Source: Longimicrobiales bacterium | Lineage (GTDB): Bacteria; Gemmatimonadota; Gemmatimonadetes; Longimicrobiales; Gaopeijiaceae | Length of the DNA: 64,000 nucleotides | NCBI GenBank assembly: GCA_965219445.1 | Contig: CBDCNQ010000003.1 | Span: forward strand, 446,098 to 510,097 | Direction of reading: 5' to 3' | In this document: positions 1 to 8,511 of the stretch, piece by piece | How positions within the stretch are numbered: the first letter of the stretch is position 1 | Layout: each line of letters opens with the position of its first letter | Made by a program: the position numbers and the translations under genes | Notes under the pieces: generated by a model | What the model saw: only the letters and a program-made list of their open reading frames with translations | The model's database searches: none | Told to the model about the DNA's origin: nothing

Positions 1-519
1 GGCCCGCATGGGCGCGGTGAGGAGCCCGAAGCGCGTGGTCGCACCCACGAGCGTGAACTTTTCAATGTCCATGGTCATGGTCTGCGCCCGGGGGCCATCG
101 GCTAGGCGGATCTCCACCCGGTAGTCCTCCATCGCGGGATACAGAAACTCCTCGATGATGGGCCGGAGCCGGTGGATCTCGTCGATGAAGAGGACGTCTC
201 CCTCACGCTGATTGGTGAGCATGCCCACGAGGTCCGCCGGCTTCTCCAGCACGGGCCCCGACGTGGACTTGAAGTTCACGCCCATCTCTCGCGCGATCAG
301 CGACGCCAGTGTGGTCTTGCCGAGCCCCGGCGGGCCATGAAAGAGCAGGTGGTCCAGTGGTTCCCGGCGCTGTTTGGCGGCCTCGATGGCGATGCTCAAC
401 GCCTCGCGGACCTTGTCCTGGCCAATGAACTCCTCGAGGCGCTGGGGCCGGAGCGAGGGCTCGGTCACGGTGTCTTCCTGGAGGACCTCCGGTGTGGTGA
501 TTTCGCTCCGTCCGTTCAT
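1..519 (-). CDS. ruvB: Holliday junction branch migration helicase RuvB (5' part, runs off the window)
   Basis: Manual translation [34 protein letters not shown]...[16 protein letters not shown]...FIDEIHRL; directly follows ruvA. Confidence 0.97.
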   Translation of the reverse strand, partial: MNGRSEITTPEVLQEDTVTEPSLRPQRLEEFIGQDKVREALSIAIEAAKQRREPLDHLLFHGPPGLGKTTLASLIAREMGVNFKSTSGPVLEKPADLVGMLTNQREGDVLFIDEIHRLRPIIEEFLYPAMEDYRVEIRLADGPRAQTMTMDIEKFTLVGATTRFGLLTAPMRA

Positions 520-559
520 CGGCTAGCCCCCATCGGCCCTCGCTCGCTCATTACCATCT

Positions 560-1159
560 TCAACGCTTCACCAAAGCCCGGCGCACCAACTCGTCGGTGC
601 CCACCGCCCCGCCCTCTGCCAAGGAGCGCCGGACGGCCGCGTCCGCATCCACGAACGAATACCCCAGCGCCACGAGTGCCCCGACTGCCTCCTGGGCACC
701 GGGCACCGCTCCGTCGCCGGCACCGTCCGCTCCGGCGACCTCTACGGCCAGGTCCTCGACCTTGTCGGCCAGCTCCAACACGATGAGCTCGGCGGTCTTC
801 TTCCCGACGCCGCTCACCTGCGTGAGGGCGTTCACGTCCTTCTCGACCAACGCCTGCACGAGGCGCGGCCCCGAATACGTGGAGAGCATGTTCAGCGCCA
901 CCTTGGGCCCCACCTTCGGCGCCCCCAGAAGGCGGGCGAAGAGTTCGCGCTCGAACGGGTCAATGAAACCGTAGAGCGTGAGTGAGTCCTCCCGCACCAC
1001 TTGGAGGGTGCGGATCTCGAAGTCCGGAGCCGGCGGCTTCGGCAGGCGCTGAAAGATCGACAGCGGGATCTGGACCTGGTAGACGACACCTCCAACGGTC
1101 TCCACCTCTACGTGATCCAGCTCCCTGGAGATGAGCGTGCCCCGGAGACGGGTGATCAC
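560..1159 (-). CDS. ruvA: Holliday junction DNA-binding protein RuvA
   Basis: GTG start overlaps the ruvC stop; MITRLRG...VVREDSLTLYGF...VGPKVAL...GVGKKTAELIVLEL...ALVALGY. Confidence 0.96.
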   Translation of the reverse strand: MITRLRGTLISRELDHVEVETVGGVVYQVQIPLSIFQRLPKPPAPDFEIRTLQVVREDSLTLYGFIDPFERELFARLLGAPKVGPKVALNMLSTYSGPRLVQALVEKDVNALTQVSGVGKKTAELIVLELADKVEDLAVEVAGADGAGDGAVPGAQEAVGALVALGYSFVDADAAVRRSLAEGGAVGTDELVRRALVKR

Positions 1160-1644
1160 CGGAACGCCCCCATGACGCAGTGGCAGAGCGCCGCCGCCAC
1201 GCCATCGGCGGCGTCGGCCGGCGAGGGAGGGGCCTTGAGCCGGAGTTGCTGCTGAACCATGAAGCCTACCTGATCTTTGGTCGCGTTCCCGTTTCCCACC
1301 ACGGCCTTCTTGATCTCTCTGGGGGAGTACTCGGCGATCGGAATCTCGCCGAGCGCCGCCGCGAGCAGTATAGCCCCCCTGGCGTGTCCCAGCTTGAGGG
1401 CGCTCTGCACGTTCTTTCCCTGGAAGACGTCCTCCACCACGACGACAGACGGGGCGTGACGCGTGATCAGTGCGGTGACTTCTTCGTAGATCTCCCGAAT
1501 CCGGACCGCCAGTGCCTCGCTCGACGACGTACGCACCACCCCGCATTCCACCAAGGAAACGGCGCTGCCACCCTCCTTGGCGACAACGCCGTACCCCGTG
1601 ACGGCCGTCCCGGGATCGATGCCGAGAATCAGCTCTTTGCTCAC
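1156..1644 (-). CDS. ruvC: Crossover junction endodeoxyribonuclease RuvC
   Basis: ILGIDPG, VVVEDVF, LGHARG, DAADGVA catalytic motifs. Confidence 0.97.
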   Translation of the reverse strand: MSKELILGIDPGTAVTGYGVVAKEGGSAVSLVECGVVRTSSSEALAVRIREIYEEVTALITRHAPSVVVVEDVFQGKNVQSALKLGHARGAILLAAALGEIPIAEYSPREIKKAVVGNGNATKDQVGFMVQQQLRLKAPPSPADAADGVAAALCHCVMGAFR

Positions 1645-1656
1645 CTAGGTACTCAC

Positions 1657-2403
1657 TCACATAGCCTGTGCGAGAATCTCTTCGTCGATATCCGCGTTGG
1701 ACGAGACTTGCTGAACGTCGTCGATGTCGTCCAGCGCTTCCAAGAGCTTGATGAGCTTCTCGGCGTCCCTGCCCTCGACGCGGATCTCGTTCTGGGGAAT
1801 CCAGGAAAGTTCGGCCCGCTCGAACTCGATCCCGGCCGACTTCATGCCGGCCTGCACCTCGTGGAACGCGCCCGCGTCCGTCGTGACGATGAACTCACCG
1901 TCCGCCAGTTCGACGTCGTCCGCCCCCGCCTCGATCGCGGCTTCAAAAACTGACTCCTCGGGGTAACGCGAGGCCTCGACGTAGATCTGACCCTTGCGGT
2001 CGAACTGCCAGCCCACCGAGCCCGTCGTCCCCAAGCTGCCCCCGAGCTTGGTCAGGACGTGTCTTACGTCGGCCACCGTCCGCTTCTGGTTGTCGGTAAG
2101 GGTCTCGATGTAGAGGGCCACCCCGCCTGGGCCGTACCCCTCATAGGCCACCTCCTCATAGCTGACGCTCTCCAGCTCCCCCGTACCCTTCTTGATGGCC
2201 CGGGTGATGTTGTCCGCGGGCATATTGCCCGCCTTGGCGTTATCCACGGCCAGGCGAAGGCGTGGGTTGAAGTTGGGGTCACCTCCGCCATCCCGGGCCG
2301 CCACCGTGATCTCGCGGATCAGCTTGGTAAAAATCTTCCCGCGCTTGGCATCAGTCGCCGCCTTCTTGCGCTTGATGGTGGCCCACTTGCTATGTCCAGA
2401 CAC
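1657..2403 (-). CDS. yebC: YebC/PmpR family protein
   Basis: MSGHSKWATIKRKK, YEGYGPGG, DDVQQV; canonical position upstream of ruvC. Confidence 0.96.
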   Translation of the reverse strand: MSGHSKWATIKRKKAATDAKRGKIFTKLIREITVAARDGGGDPNFNPRLRLAVDNAKAGNMPADNITRAIKKGTGELESVSYEEVAYEGYGPGGVALYIETLTDNQKRTVADVRHVLTKLGGSLGTTGSVGWQFDRKGQIYVEASRYPEESVFEAAIEAGADDVELADGEFIVTTDAGAFHEVQAGMKSAGIEFERAELSWIPQNEIRVEGRDAEKLIKLLEALDDIDDVQQVSSNADIDEEILAQAM

Positions 2404-2445
2404 CGCAACTGCCTCCTTAGAAGGCCGTTGAAGAAGTACAGCCCT

Positions 2446-4545
2446 CTAGTGCGCTGCCGCCACTTCCTTCGCAGCCGCGATCACCTTGGGCACCTCCAAC
2501 TCCGGAACCGCCTCATACCCCGAGAAGCTCCGACTGTGGTGCGCCCGCCCCTGCGTGATGGCACGGAGCGATGTGGAGTACTTATAGAGCTCCGACTCCG
2601 GCACCAACGCCTTAACCGTGGTGCGCCCCGCGGTGGGCTCCATCCCCAGCACCCTTCCCCGCCGCTGATTCATGTCACTCATGATGTCGCCTACGTAGTC
2701 GTCGGGCGTGGTCACCGTGACTTCGATGATGGGCTCCAAGATTACGGGGCGACACTTTGTCGCGACGTTCTTGAACGCAGCGGAGCCGGCCAACTTGAAT
2801 GCGATGTCGCTCGAGTCCACCGAGTGGTAGGAGCCGTCGTAGCACTCGGCCTCGAAGTCCACACACGGAAAACCGGCGAGGACTCCCCGAGCGGCGGCCT
2901 CCCGGATGCCTTTGTCCACGGAGGGTACGTACTTGGTCGGAATCACCCCACCTTTTATGGAATTGACGAATTCGTAACCGTTGCCCGTCTTGCGTGGCCT
3001 GAGTCGAATCCAGCAATCCCCGAACTGGCCGCGTCCGCCCGACTGCTTCCTGTGCCGGCCCTGTCCCTCGGCCTCCTTCGTAATCGTCTCTCGGTAACCG
3101 ATCTTCGGCTGCTCCATCTGCACGGACACCCCGTACTTCCGCTTCATGCGTTCCATCTGAACGGCCAAATGCAGCTCACCCAGTCCTCTGGCGATCGTCT
3201 GGTGAAGTTCCGGGTCGAACTCCGCAATAAACGTCGGGTCCTCTTCGTGGAGCTTGGGAAGGACCTCCCCCAGCTTGTCTTCGTCACTTCGGCCTTCGCC
3301 CCGAATGGCCACAGCGATCTCCGGCTTCGGAAAGGCGATCTTTTCGAGCACCACGGGGCGGGACATCTCGCAGAGCGTGTCGTTGGTGTGGGCACCCTTG
3401 AGCTTCGCGACCACCCCTAGGTCCCCCGCATGGAGCTTGGGGACTTCGAAGCGATCCTTCCCCATGGATACCGAAAGGTGGTTCAGCTTTTCGCTCGTCC
3501 CGCGGTCCCCGTTCTTGACCTCCTGTCCGTTGCTCACCGACCCGCTCACGACGCGGAAGTAGGACATCTCCCCGATGTGGGGCTCCGAGGCGGTCTTATA
3601 GATGAGCGCGGAAAAGGTCTCGTCGTCGGAGGGCGATAGGTGTACCTCCTCTTCCATGCCCGCACGCCGCACCGTCTCGTCGCCCGCCTCTGCGGGGCTG
3701 GGGCAGAGCTCCACGAGCCTCTCGAGTAGCTCCTGCATCCCGAACGAGCGCTCCGCGGATCCGCAGAACAGCGGGACAATGTCGCCACTCGTCACACCGT
3801 TGTGCATGGCTTGGATGGCCTCTTCCCGCGAGATCTTGCCCTCCTCGAGATAACGGTCGAGAAGGGCTTCATCGGTCGTAGCGATGGTTTCCTGCAGCTC
3901 GGTCTGCCACTTCTCGAATTGGGCCTGGAACTCCTCCGGAATGTCGACCTCGTCGTACTCGCCTTTTTCTGTTCCGGCCTTGTACAGGTGGGCCCGCTCA
4001 CTGAACAAGTCGATGATTCCGCGGAAATCTGGACCCTCTCCGATGGGGATCTCCACGGGCACGACCTTTTCGGTAAGCCGGGCCTTGATGTCCCGATACA
4101 CACGGTCAAAAGAGGCGTGCTCTTTGTCCATCATAGACACAAAAAAGAACCGGGGGCTTCCCCGGTTTTCAGCATGCTCCCAGACGGTTTCGGTGCCTAC
4201 CTCCACGCCGGAGGTGGCGCTAACGACAATTACCGCGGAGTCCGCAACCCGGATTGCCGCCAACGTCTCACCGACGAAATCCATGAACCCAGGAGTGTCC
4301 AGGAGGTTGATCTTGGCACCCGCGTACTCGCAGAAAGCCGGTGTGCACTGAAGCGAAATCCCGTGGCTCGTCTCCTCCGGAGTGTACATCGTGAGCGCGT
4401 TTCCCTCGGTGACGTCCCCCTTCCGTCCTGACGAACCAGTGGTGTAACACAGGGCGTCGATGAGGCTGGTTTTCCCGGCTCCGCCGTGGCCCAGAACGGC
4501 AACATTCCTGATCTTATCCGTAGTATACTCTTTGGCGAACGCCAT
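2446..4545 (-). CDS. fusA: Elongation factor G paralog (EF-G2-like, degenerate GTPase motifs)
   Basis: 699 aa; GHGGAGKT, DTPGFMDF, EEDPTF, GLGELHL, YRETI, KQSGGRGQFG, GSYHSVDSS; not in an rpsL-rpsG-tuf context. Confidence 0.9.
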   Translation of the reverse strand: MAFAKEYTTDKIRNVAVLGHGGAGKTSLIDALCYTTGSSGRKGDVTEGNALTMYTPEETSHGISLQCTPAFCEYAGAKINLLDTPGFMDFVGETLAAIRVADSAVIVVSATSGVEVGTETVWEHAENRGSPRFFFVSMMDKEHASFDRVYRDIKARLTEKVVPVEIPIGEGPDFRGIIDLFSERAHLYKAGTEKGEYDEVDIPEEFQAQFEKWQTELQETIATTDEALLDRYLEEGKISREEAIQAMHNGVTSGDIVPLFCGSAERSFGMQELLERLVELCPSPAEAGDETVRRAGMEEEVHLSPSDDETFSALIYKTASEPHIGEMSYFRVVSGSVSNGQEVKNGDRGTSEKLNHLSVSMGKDRFEVPKLHAGDLGVVAKLKGAHTNDTLCEMSRPVVLEKIAFPKPEIAVAIRGEGRSDEDKLGEVLPKLHEEDPTFIAEFDPELHQTIARGLGELHLAVQMERMKRKYGVSVQMEQPKIGYRETITKEAEGQGRHRKQSGGRGQFGDCWIRLRPRKTGNGYEFVNSIKGGVIPTKYVPSVDKGIREAAARGVLAGFPCVDFEAECYDGSYHSVDSSDIAFKLAGSAAFKNVATKCRPVILEPIIEVTVTTPDDYVGDIMSDMNQRRGRVLGMEPTAGRTTVKALVPESELYKYSTSLRAITQGRAHHSRSFSGYEAVPELEVPKVIAAAKEVAAAH

Positions 4546-4594
4546 GACGCCTCCTACCCGATTCGCACCGTATCTTTTTTTCTAAGGGACCGTG

Positions 4595-4623
4595 ATTGTA
4601 GGCCGAAGGGCCCATCTCGTCTA
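4595..4623 (-). promoter_or_regulatory. Putative sigma70 promoter of the EF-G paralog
   Basis: Minus strand TAGACG-N17-TACAAT, about 50 nt upstream of GGAGG...ATG. Confidence 0.45.
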
Positions 4624-4672
4624 GATGAGGACGGCGTCACAATAAGCCTAGCGGGAGGTGCTGCGGCGAAGC

Positions 4673-5512
4673 TCAGTTCGTGCGGTGCTTCTTCGATACC
4701 TCATCGAGGAGCTGCTTTTCCTGCTCCGTGAGGGACGCCATCCCTTCCGCCGAGATCTTATCCAGGACTCGATCGACGGCGTCCAAAGTCCTTTTCTCGC
4801 CAACGTCGTCACTCCGCCGGCGCCGGGCACCCGTGGCCGCTTCCCGTTCCTCACGAGGAACGATCGCGAACCGCCTGGCACGCGCAGCCTTTCCCATATT
4901 TTGGATCGCCTGCGAGGCGCGCCAGTCGGTCTTCAGGTAGAGGAAGCCGGCCACAAAGCCACCGACATGGGCGAAGTGGGCGACGCCGCCACCTGCCCCG
5001 CCGAAGGCGCTGGAGAAGGTGACCAGGACAAGAAAGGCTACCAGCCACTTCGCCTTCACCGGGAAGATGCCCCACACGTAAATGGGGGCGTCGGGCCACG
5101 CCATAGCGAACGCCAGCATAACGCCGTAGACCGCCGCTGACGCACCTATGATCGAATACGAGACGAAGAGAAAGCTGAGTAGCACACCACCGAGGCCGCA
5201 CACCAGATAGTACCGGATGAACTCCCTCGACCCCCACTTCGATTCGAGAGGCGGGCCGAAGAAGAAGAGCACAAGCATGTTCATGAAAACGTGCCAAAAA
5301 TCGCCGTGGAGGAACATGTAGGTGAAGGGGGTCCACGGACGAAACAAGACCTTGGTGGGCTGGAAGGAGAACCACTCGAAGACGAATCCGGGGCCGATGA
5401 CCCAGGTGAGCGCAAACACGATCGTGTTCGCGATCAGCAGCCGCTTGACCCAAGGGGTCAAACGGTAGCTGAGGTTCATCCCCCCGGAGCGGGCATATCC
5501 GGTACCTCTCAA
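4673..5512 (-). CDS. Rhomboid family intramembrane serine protease with C-terminal helical domain
   Basis: TYMFLHG..HVFMNM, GASAA, AHVGG; C-terminal VDRVLDKISAEGMASLTEQEK. Confidence 0.9.
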   Translation of the reverse strand: MRGTGYARSGGMNLSYRLTPWVKRLLIANTIVFALTWVIGPGFVFEWFSFQPTKVLFRPWTPFTYMFLHGDFWHVFMNMLVLFFFGPPLESKWGSREFIRYYLVCGLGGVLLSFLFVSYSIIGASAAVYGVMLAFAMAWPDAPIYVWGIFPVKAKWLVAFLVLVTFSSAFGGAGGGVAHFAHVGGFVAGFLYLKTDWRASQAIQNMGKAARARRFAIVPREEREAATGARRRRSDDVGEKRTLDAVDRVLDKISAEGMASLTEQEKQLLDEVSKKHRTN

Positions 5513-5620
5513 AGTCCCTTCTCCACCCTATGGTTCAGCGAAAAACAATCGAACTTCGGACGCGAATTCAAACCCCTGTCCTAACGAGCAGGTTCCGGTG
5601 GGAGCCGAATGCGACCCTCT

Positions 5621-6682
5621 TCAAGGCGCCGCCCTTCGTGCACGCTCCGCCGCCATGCACACTATCCGATCGCACAACTCCGGAAAAGTGATGCCGGCCA
5701 CCCGGGCGGCCTTAGGAAGGAGGCTGTTCGCTGTCATCCCGGGCAGCGCGTTGGCCTCCAGACACCAAGCCTCACCCTTTTCGTCGACCATGAAATCAAC
5801 CCGAGAGAAGTCCCTGAGCCGTAGCAGGCGGTGCACCTCTAGGGCTCGTTCTTGAAGCGTGCGAGCCAGGGTGTCCGGAACCTCAGCCGGAAAAATCTCG
5901 TCGGCCATGCCAATCTGGTACTTGCACTCATAGTCGAATAGCCCGTGCTCGGAAACGATCTCCCCAACCGGGAGCGCGTTCTCCCCCAGGATGCCCACGG
6001 TGAATTCACGCCCGGCGACGAAGGCTTCGTACATCATGTCCGAGACTTCCCGGCTTTCGGAAGCACGGGCCGCTTCCACCCTGATCGTCTCCTCCACTCC
6101 GGCAGAATCGTCGAGCAGGTAGAGCCGCACCGACGAGCCGCCCGCCACCGGTTTGGCAATGATGGGCAAGCCTAGTCGTTCAACCGCCTCCTCGGCTGTG
6201 GGATTCAGGAGCCAGTCCGGTGTGGGAATTCCGGCATCCCGGAGCATGCGCTTGGTGACGTCCTTGTCCATGGCGAGGCCGCTTCCGAGCATACCGCTTC
6301 CCGCGTACACGACTCCGCCAAGGTCGAGCAGGGCCTGGAGCGTCCCGTCCTCTCCCATTCCCCCGTGGAGGGCTGGAAAGACGACGTCGTAGGAAAAAAT
6401 CTCCTCGTGCTTCGAAAGCGCCGTGCCGGTGAGAGCACCCGATAGGCCTGACGCGGCACCCGAGGCGGACGCCCCCCCTCCAGTAATTTCACCGGGCGGG
6501 AGGCGCCTCACGCCCTCTGCGAGAATCTTGGCCTCATCCGCACGGTTCAGTGCCCCTCCGGCGGGGTCCAGCGCAATCACGTCGTGTCCCGCTTGTCTCA
6601 GAGCATCGGCCACCTGGCAGCCGGACGCTAGGGAAACCTCTCGCTCCTCCGACTCGCCCCCGAGGAGGACCACGACCCTCAT
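5621..6682 (-). CDS. ddl: D-alanine--D-alanine ligase
   Basis: GGESEEREVSLASG, LHGGMGEDG, MDKDVTK, FDYECKY, RVDF, LEANALPGMT..SLLP. Confidence 0.9.
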   Translation of the reverse strand: MRVVVLLGGESEEREVSLASGCQVADALRQAGHDVIALDPAGGALNRADEAKILAEGVRRLPPGEITGGGASASGAASGLSGALTGTALSKHEEIFSYDVVFPALHGGMGEDGTLQALLDLGGVVYAGSGMLGSGLAMDKDVTKRMLRDAGIPTPDWLLNPTAEEAVERLGLPIIAKPVAGGSSVRLYLLDDSAGVEETIRVEAARASESREVSDMMYEAFVAGREFTVGILGENALPVGEIVSEHGLFDYECKYQIGMADEIFPAEVPDTLARTLQERALEVHRLLRLRDFSRVDFMVDEKGEAWCLEANALPGMTANSLLPKAARVAGITFPELCDRIVCMAAERARRAAP

Positions 6683-6733
6683 TTGCGGACCAGCCGTCCG
6701 GTCATGGACACGCTGCGCAACGGCCCGTCTCCA

Positions 6734-8122
6734 TCAGCCGCCCGCGCCCGTCAGGTCACGGATCAGATCATACCGGGTGAGGATCCCGCCGATCTCTCCC
6801 TTGTCCCGCACGAGAAGGGCCGAGTTCCGCCGAGTCAACAATTGCGCGGCCCGCTCGGTGTCCAGATGGCTGTCCACGACCGGGAAGGGCGCATCCATGA
6901 TCGACTCGACCGGCCGATCAAGGAGCTCAGGATCCTCGATCACAGAGGACATCAACTCGCCGTCGTGTAACGAGCCTACGCATTCACCGTCCAAGATCAC
7001 AGGCAACTGCGACACGTTGTACGACGTGAGCGTAGAGAGAGCGACGCGCACTGGTGTGGTGGGTTGAACCGCGACGAGCTCGGGAAGATCACGGTCCTTT
7101 TCGGCCACCAGGCGATGGACGCTCTGGTGCGCGCGCTTCATGAACCCGTTCTCCCGCATCCAGTCGTCGTCGAAGACCTTGCTGAGGTAATGCTCACCCC
7201 AGTCCGAAAGCAGTGTCACGACTACGGCGTCCTCCCCAGACTCCTTCGCGACCTGCAGGGCTGCGTGCACCGTGAGTCCACTCGAACCCCCAGCGAACAG
7301 GCCCTCTTCACGGGCCAGGCGGCGGGTCATCGCAAACGACTCCGCGTCGGTCACGGTAATCCAGCGGTCCGTGACGCCCATGTCCAGAGCGCCCGGGATC
7401 TTGTCGCTCCCGATTCCCTCCACCTTGTACGGCTCGCCTTCGATCAACTCACCCGTATCGAAGAAAGTCCTCAGGATCGATCCCTCGGGGTCCACGCCCA
7501 CGATCTCGACATCCGGGTTCTGCTCCTTGAGGTACCGCCCCACACCGCTAATCGTCCCCCCGGTGCCGGAACCCGCGAGAAAGTGAGTGACTCTTCCCTC
7601 CGTCTGCGCCCAGATCTCCGGGCCTGTCGTCTCGTAATGCGCCTGCGGGTTTGCCGAGTTGTAGAACTGGTTCGCGAGGATCGCCCCCGGGGTCTCACGC
7701 GCGATAGTCTCTGCTTTTACGGTGTAGTGCTCGGGATGGTCGGGCGGAACGGCCGTCGGCACGATGACCACCTCCGCCCCAAAAGCACGCAGGAGCTTCA
7801 CCTTCTCCTGGCTCATCTTGTCCGGCATCGTGAAGATGCACCGGTAGCCTCGTATCGCGGCGACCATCGCAAGGGCCATCCCCGTATTACCGCTGGTCGC
7901 TTCGACGATCACCCCTCCGGGCTTGAGTTCCCCGTTGCGCTCGGCTTCCTCCACCATGGCCAGGCCGATGCGATCCTTCAGGGATCCGCACGGATTCATG
8001 AACTCGCACTTCACGTAGATGGTCCCGGGGACGTCCCGAGTGATGTTGTTCAGCCGGACCAGAGGCGTCGCACCCACCGCATCGGTGACGTTGTCGTACG
8101 GGCGGGGGTGATCTTCACTCAT
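6734..8122 (-). CDS. Cystathionine beta-synthase (PLP) with C-terminal CBS pair
   Basis: NPCGSLKDR, EATSGNTG, GSGTGGT, YLSKVFDDDWM followed by CBS domains. Confidence 0.88.
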   Translation of the reverse strand: MSEDHPRPYDNVTDAVGATPLVRLNNITRDVPGTIYVKCEFMNPCGSLKDRIGLAMVEEAERNGELKPGGVIVEATSGNTGMALAMVAAIRGYRCIFTMPDKMSQEKVKLLRAFGAEVVIVPTAVPPDHPEHYTVKAETIARETPGAILANQFYNSANPQAHYETTGPEIWAQTEGRVTHFLAGSGTGGTISGVGRYLKEQNPDVEIVGVDPEGSILRTFFDTGELIEGEPYKVEGIGSDKIPGALDMGVTDRWITVTDAESFAMTRRLAREEGLFAGGSSGLTVHAALQVAKESGEDAVVVTLLSDWGEHYLSKVFDDDWMRENGFMKRAHQSVHRLVAEKDRDLPELVAVQPTTPVRVALSTLTSYNVSQLPVILDGECVGSLHDGELMSSVIEDPELLDRPVESIMDAPFPVVDSHLDTERAAQLLTRRNSALLVRDKGEIGGILTRYDLIRDLTGAGG

Positions 8123-8142
8123 GACCTACCCACGGCCTGTCG

Positions 8143-8511
8143 TCAAGGACGCGGCCTCTTCGAAAAATGAACGGGCACGTGGGCCCAGACTTCGATGCGT
8201 TTGTCCCCCTGGCGAGCTGGGCTGAATCTCAGCGTTCTCGCACCCCGCACAGCTGAGGAGTCGAAGGCGTCGTACCCGCTGGACTCCAATACGACCACGC
8301 TGTCCACGTCGCCCAGGTCCGTCACGCGCACCCTCAGCATCGAGCTTCCCTCGATACCCTGATCCCACAGATCCAACGGGTAATCGATCGGGACCGAGGC
8401 GCTCAATGGCGATGGGCTCTCGATCTCCTGATCCCCGGAACAAGCCGACACGGCGGCCGCAAGCAACGCGCACAGGGCCAGCGATGGCCCTCGGCTCCGA
8501 CGCGGGCTCAA
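8143..8511 (-). CDS. TonB C-terminal domain lipoprotein
   Basis: Lipobox VSAC; YP..LWDQGIEG...V.VLESSGY.AFD...RFSPA...VPVHF. Confidence 0.8.
   Translation of the reverse strand: MSPRRSRGPSLALCALLAAAVSACSGDQEIESPSPLSASVPIDYPLDLWDQGIEGSSMLRVRVTDLGDVDSVVVLESSGYDAFDSSAVRGARTLRFSPARQGDKRIEVWAHVPVHFSKRPRP

Noticed and set aside
172..786. 204-aa plus-strand ORF and many similar overlapping ORFs in the track
   Set aside because: Antisense or alternate-frame shadows of clear genes (here ruvB/ruvA), as expected in GC-rich DNA.
1160..1660. Long N-terminal extensions on RuvA (also on the response regulator, AAA ATPase, FabF2, ACP1 and flippase-like ORFs)
   Set aside because: They overlap upstream genes; internal starts coupled to stop codons or SD sequences fit better, so these are not fusions.
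5621..6682. VanA-type D-Ala-D-Lac ligase
   Set aside because: The omega loop keeps the DY..KY tyrosine, and there are no adjacent vanH/vanX genes.
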